A stretch of 51,956 nt of DNA from positions 53,036,812-53,088,767 of the forward strand of contig NC_068994.1 in the NCBI RefSeq assembly GCF_001194135.2, read 5' to 3'. The stretch comes from Octopus bimaculoides (taxonomy: Eukaryota). Shown here one piece after another: positions 49,242 to 51,956 of this stretch (positions are counted from its first letter, which is position 1; the number at the start of each line of letters is the position of its first letter). The notes beneath the pieces are model-generated. The model had not been told where the DNA came from and made no database searches. It worked only from the letters and a program-made list of their open reading frames with translations. The position numbers and the translations under genes were made by a program.

Positions 49242-49380
49242 GGCCGCAGGTATGGCGGTGTGGTAAGAGGTTTGGTCCCAACAACATAGTTCCGGATTTA
49301 GTTCCACTGTGTGGAAGCTTGGGTAGGTGTCAGCTATCTTGTGAGTGGATTAGTAAGACGGAAACCGAAAGAAGACCGTC
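49242..49380 (+). mobile_element. tRNA-derived SINE, family B, 5' half with internal deletion
   Basis: GGCCGCAGGTATGGCGGTGTGGTAAG head, TAGTTCCGGATTTAGTTCCACTG, then GTGAGTGGATT.GTA.GACGGAAAC.GAAAGAAG.CCGTC shared with 41070-41110. Confidence 0.8.
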
Positions 49381-50048
49381 TCTCACACACACACACACGT
49401 ATTTAATACTTCGCTTAAGCACAGCGAGAGGGCAGTTCGAATATGCGAGGCTATTGGAGTGTATTTTATTCCATGTCTACAGCGAGAGATTTTCTCTGTG
49501 GATAAACATGGTCAATGGCTTGTTTACAAGTACGAATGTACACTTCTCACATGATCACTATAAACAAAGCATCTGTGTGTCGTTAGCCAGCTGGAAGAGA
49601 TCTCTTCTTAGGGCTATAAACGTCAGTAGCATTGTCCCGTATTATACACCCACATATATCATAACCCGTATATATCATAGACTTAAAGGAATTCTTATGT
49701 GTTGACACACACTGACGTACATATACATGTGTATTGTTCTATGGACAGCATCTGTCAACAAGTGGAGGACTTCGTCATTATCGGGCAGTTTTCTTTCTGG
49801 GAATAGGTTAAATATTGACTGTTATTATAAATAAATGCTCTCAGTTCTATTTTTTAATTTACTTTTTGGTGCGGAAAACAAGCCTAAATTAGATTTCCCT
49901 TTTGGGAAAATACCAGAAAATTCTGTCAGTTCAATTTAAAAAAAAAAAAGATTAATTGTCTTCGAAAATTAATATCGAGTGCTATCAAATGACAATCAAT
50001 GCTATTTGTTTTCCTTAATATATCATTTAAATATGTGTGTGCATGTGT

Positions 50049-50115
50049 GCAGGCGTGGCTGTATGGTAATCACATAGTTCCGGGTTCGGTCCCAGTGCGT
50101 AAGTGCCTTCTACTA
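50049..50115 (+). mobile_element. Head fragment of SINE family B
   Basis: GCAGGCGTGGCTGTATGGTAA (A-box-like) and CCGGGTTCGGTCCCAGTGCG (B-box-like); matches the 49242 head. Confidence 0.7.
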
Positions 50116-50734
50116 ACTTTCTCTTTATAAATGTCCAAAAAATTCCGCACAGTTTTGACTTCCTTGTCTCATTGTATTTAATATATACATGCTCATACAA
50201 GACCTGCATTAGACTCCTCACTCGTATTATTACCGATAGCTTAACTACGGTCCTTGCACAGCACTTACTTACGCTTACCTGCCACCTTGGGTTTTCTGGA
50301 TACGAATACTTCTCATATATATATATATATATATACAAATTTTTATTACACCAATGTGTTGTAACTTTTGAATTTAAAATTCACTGTGTTTTATGTAGCA
50401 TATCGATATTTATCCATTTATATGTATTTTTATATTTATATATTTTTATATTTATATATTTTTATATTTATATATTTGGAATTTTTATATCGATTTTATT
50501 AACGTAGAGGAATATACATATATACTGGATTTTGTGTGTGGTTATTATGTTCTTCTAGTTTCCGCTTGCATGGCCTCCATTCAGATTTTTAAACGGAATA
50601 TAGTTCAATTCGAGCAGTACAACTCCAGTCTGTATTTTATTTGCGAGTATATTTAATATTAGCAAACTCAAAATAAAACAGTCTATTATATATATATATA
50701 TATATATATCAACATTGATATATATATATATACG

Positions 50735-50772
<38 letters not shown>

Positions 50773-51325
50773 NNNNNNNNNNNNNNNNNNNNNNNNNNNN
50801 NNNNNNNNNNNNNNNNNNNNNNNNNNNNNNNNNNNNNNNNNNNNNNNNNNNNNNNNNNNNNNNNNNNNNNNNNNNNNNNNNNNNNNNNNNNNNNNNNNNN
50901 NNNNNNNNNNNNNNNNNNNNNNNNNNNNNNNNNNNNNNNNNNNNNNNNNNNNNNNNNNNNNNNNNNNNNNNNNNNNNNNNNNNNNNNNNNNNNNNNNNNN
51001 NNNNNNNNNNNNNNNNNNNNNNNNNNNNNNNNNNNNNNNNNNNNNNNNNNNNNNNNNNNNNNNNNNNNNNNNNNNNNNNNNNNNNNNNNNNNNNNNNNNN
51101 NNNNNNNNNNNNNNNNNNNNNNNNNNNNNNNNNNNNNNNNNNNNNNNNNNNNNNNNNNNNNNNNNNNNNNNNNNNNNNNNNNNNNNNNNNNNNNNNNNNN
51201 NNNNNNNNNNNNNNNNNNNNNNNNNNNNNNNNNNNNNNNNNNNNNNNNNNNNNNNNNNNNNNNNNNNNNNNNNNNNNNNNNNNNNNNNNNNNNNNNNNNN
51301 NNNNNNNNNNNNNNNNNNNNNNNNN

Positions 51326-51365
<40 letters not shown>

Positions 51366-51519
51366 ATATGTACGTATATATATATATATATATATACATT
51401 TTTTGTGTCTATGTTTGCATGTGTATTTTGTGTGGAATATTTGAGTGTATATCAACGTGTGAATCTCTGTGCCTGTGCATAGTCGTTTGTGCATTTAAAC
51501 AATCTGTGTGTAGAAGGAT

Positions 51520-51632
51520 ACACACATACATACATACATACATACATACATACCTATATACATACATACATACATACATACATACATTCATACATACATA
51601 CATACATACATACATACATACATACATACAAC
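51520..51632. repeat. (TACA)n microsatellite
   Basis: Directly visible. Confidence 0.95.
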
Positions 51633-51956
51633 GTACGTACATAATGGAGAAATAAATCATTTCGCCTTTTAATAAATGCCAAGTGAAATATTTATAAAAT
51701 CATTCGTTGACCGTTTTCCACTTTTTTTTTTATTATCAGATATTGGCATGATACTGATATCCAGGAATATAATTTTCTTCTTTGAAATGTATGATTTAAT
51801 TTTTATCTGGAATAATGCCATGCGATTTATTACAATATTTTTACTCACTAAGTAGATGCTTTTTTAAGATACACAAAATGCCCAACGAATCATCGTGCTT
51901 CTTGCTCCTTTACCGTTCATTACCAAAATTATACTTAATTAGATAATCTGAATACC

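Overview
AT-rich, repeat-dense eukaryotic genomic DNA with 16 assembly gaps (about 5.5 kb of N). The SINE, microsatellite, mariner and LINE content resembles an octopus (coleoid cephalopod) draft assembly; this is my inference, not a database result. I find no protein-coding gene I can call with confidence, and no rRNA, true tRNA or CRISPR array. Almost all ORFs in the supplied track are microsatellite or N-run artefacts. Well supported: three decayed mariner (DD34D-type) transposase copies, two copies of a mariner-type MITE, one hAT/Charlie-type MITE, R4/Dong-like LINE fragments (one directly abutting a (TAA)n tract), two adjacent LINE-like 3' ends encoding non-Kruppel C2H2 fingers, and three tRNA-derived SINE families (my labels A, B, C). 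The most interesting leads, all unverified, are: a degenerate minimal hammerhead-ribozyme layout in a two-copy repeat; a CpG-rich island with a possible two-exon, signal-peptide-bearing 99-aa ORF; a decayed 72-bp (24-codon) repeat; and a pair of phase-compatible candidate exons encoding a transmembrane-like segment. Nothing here amounts to a demonstrated new biological system.
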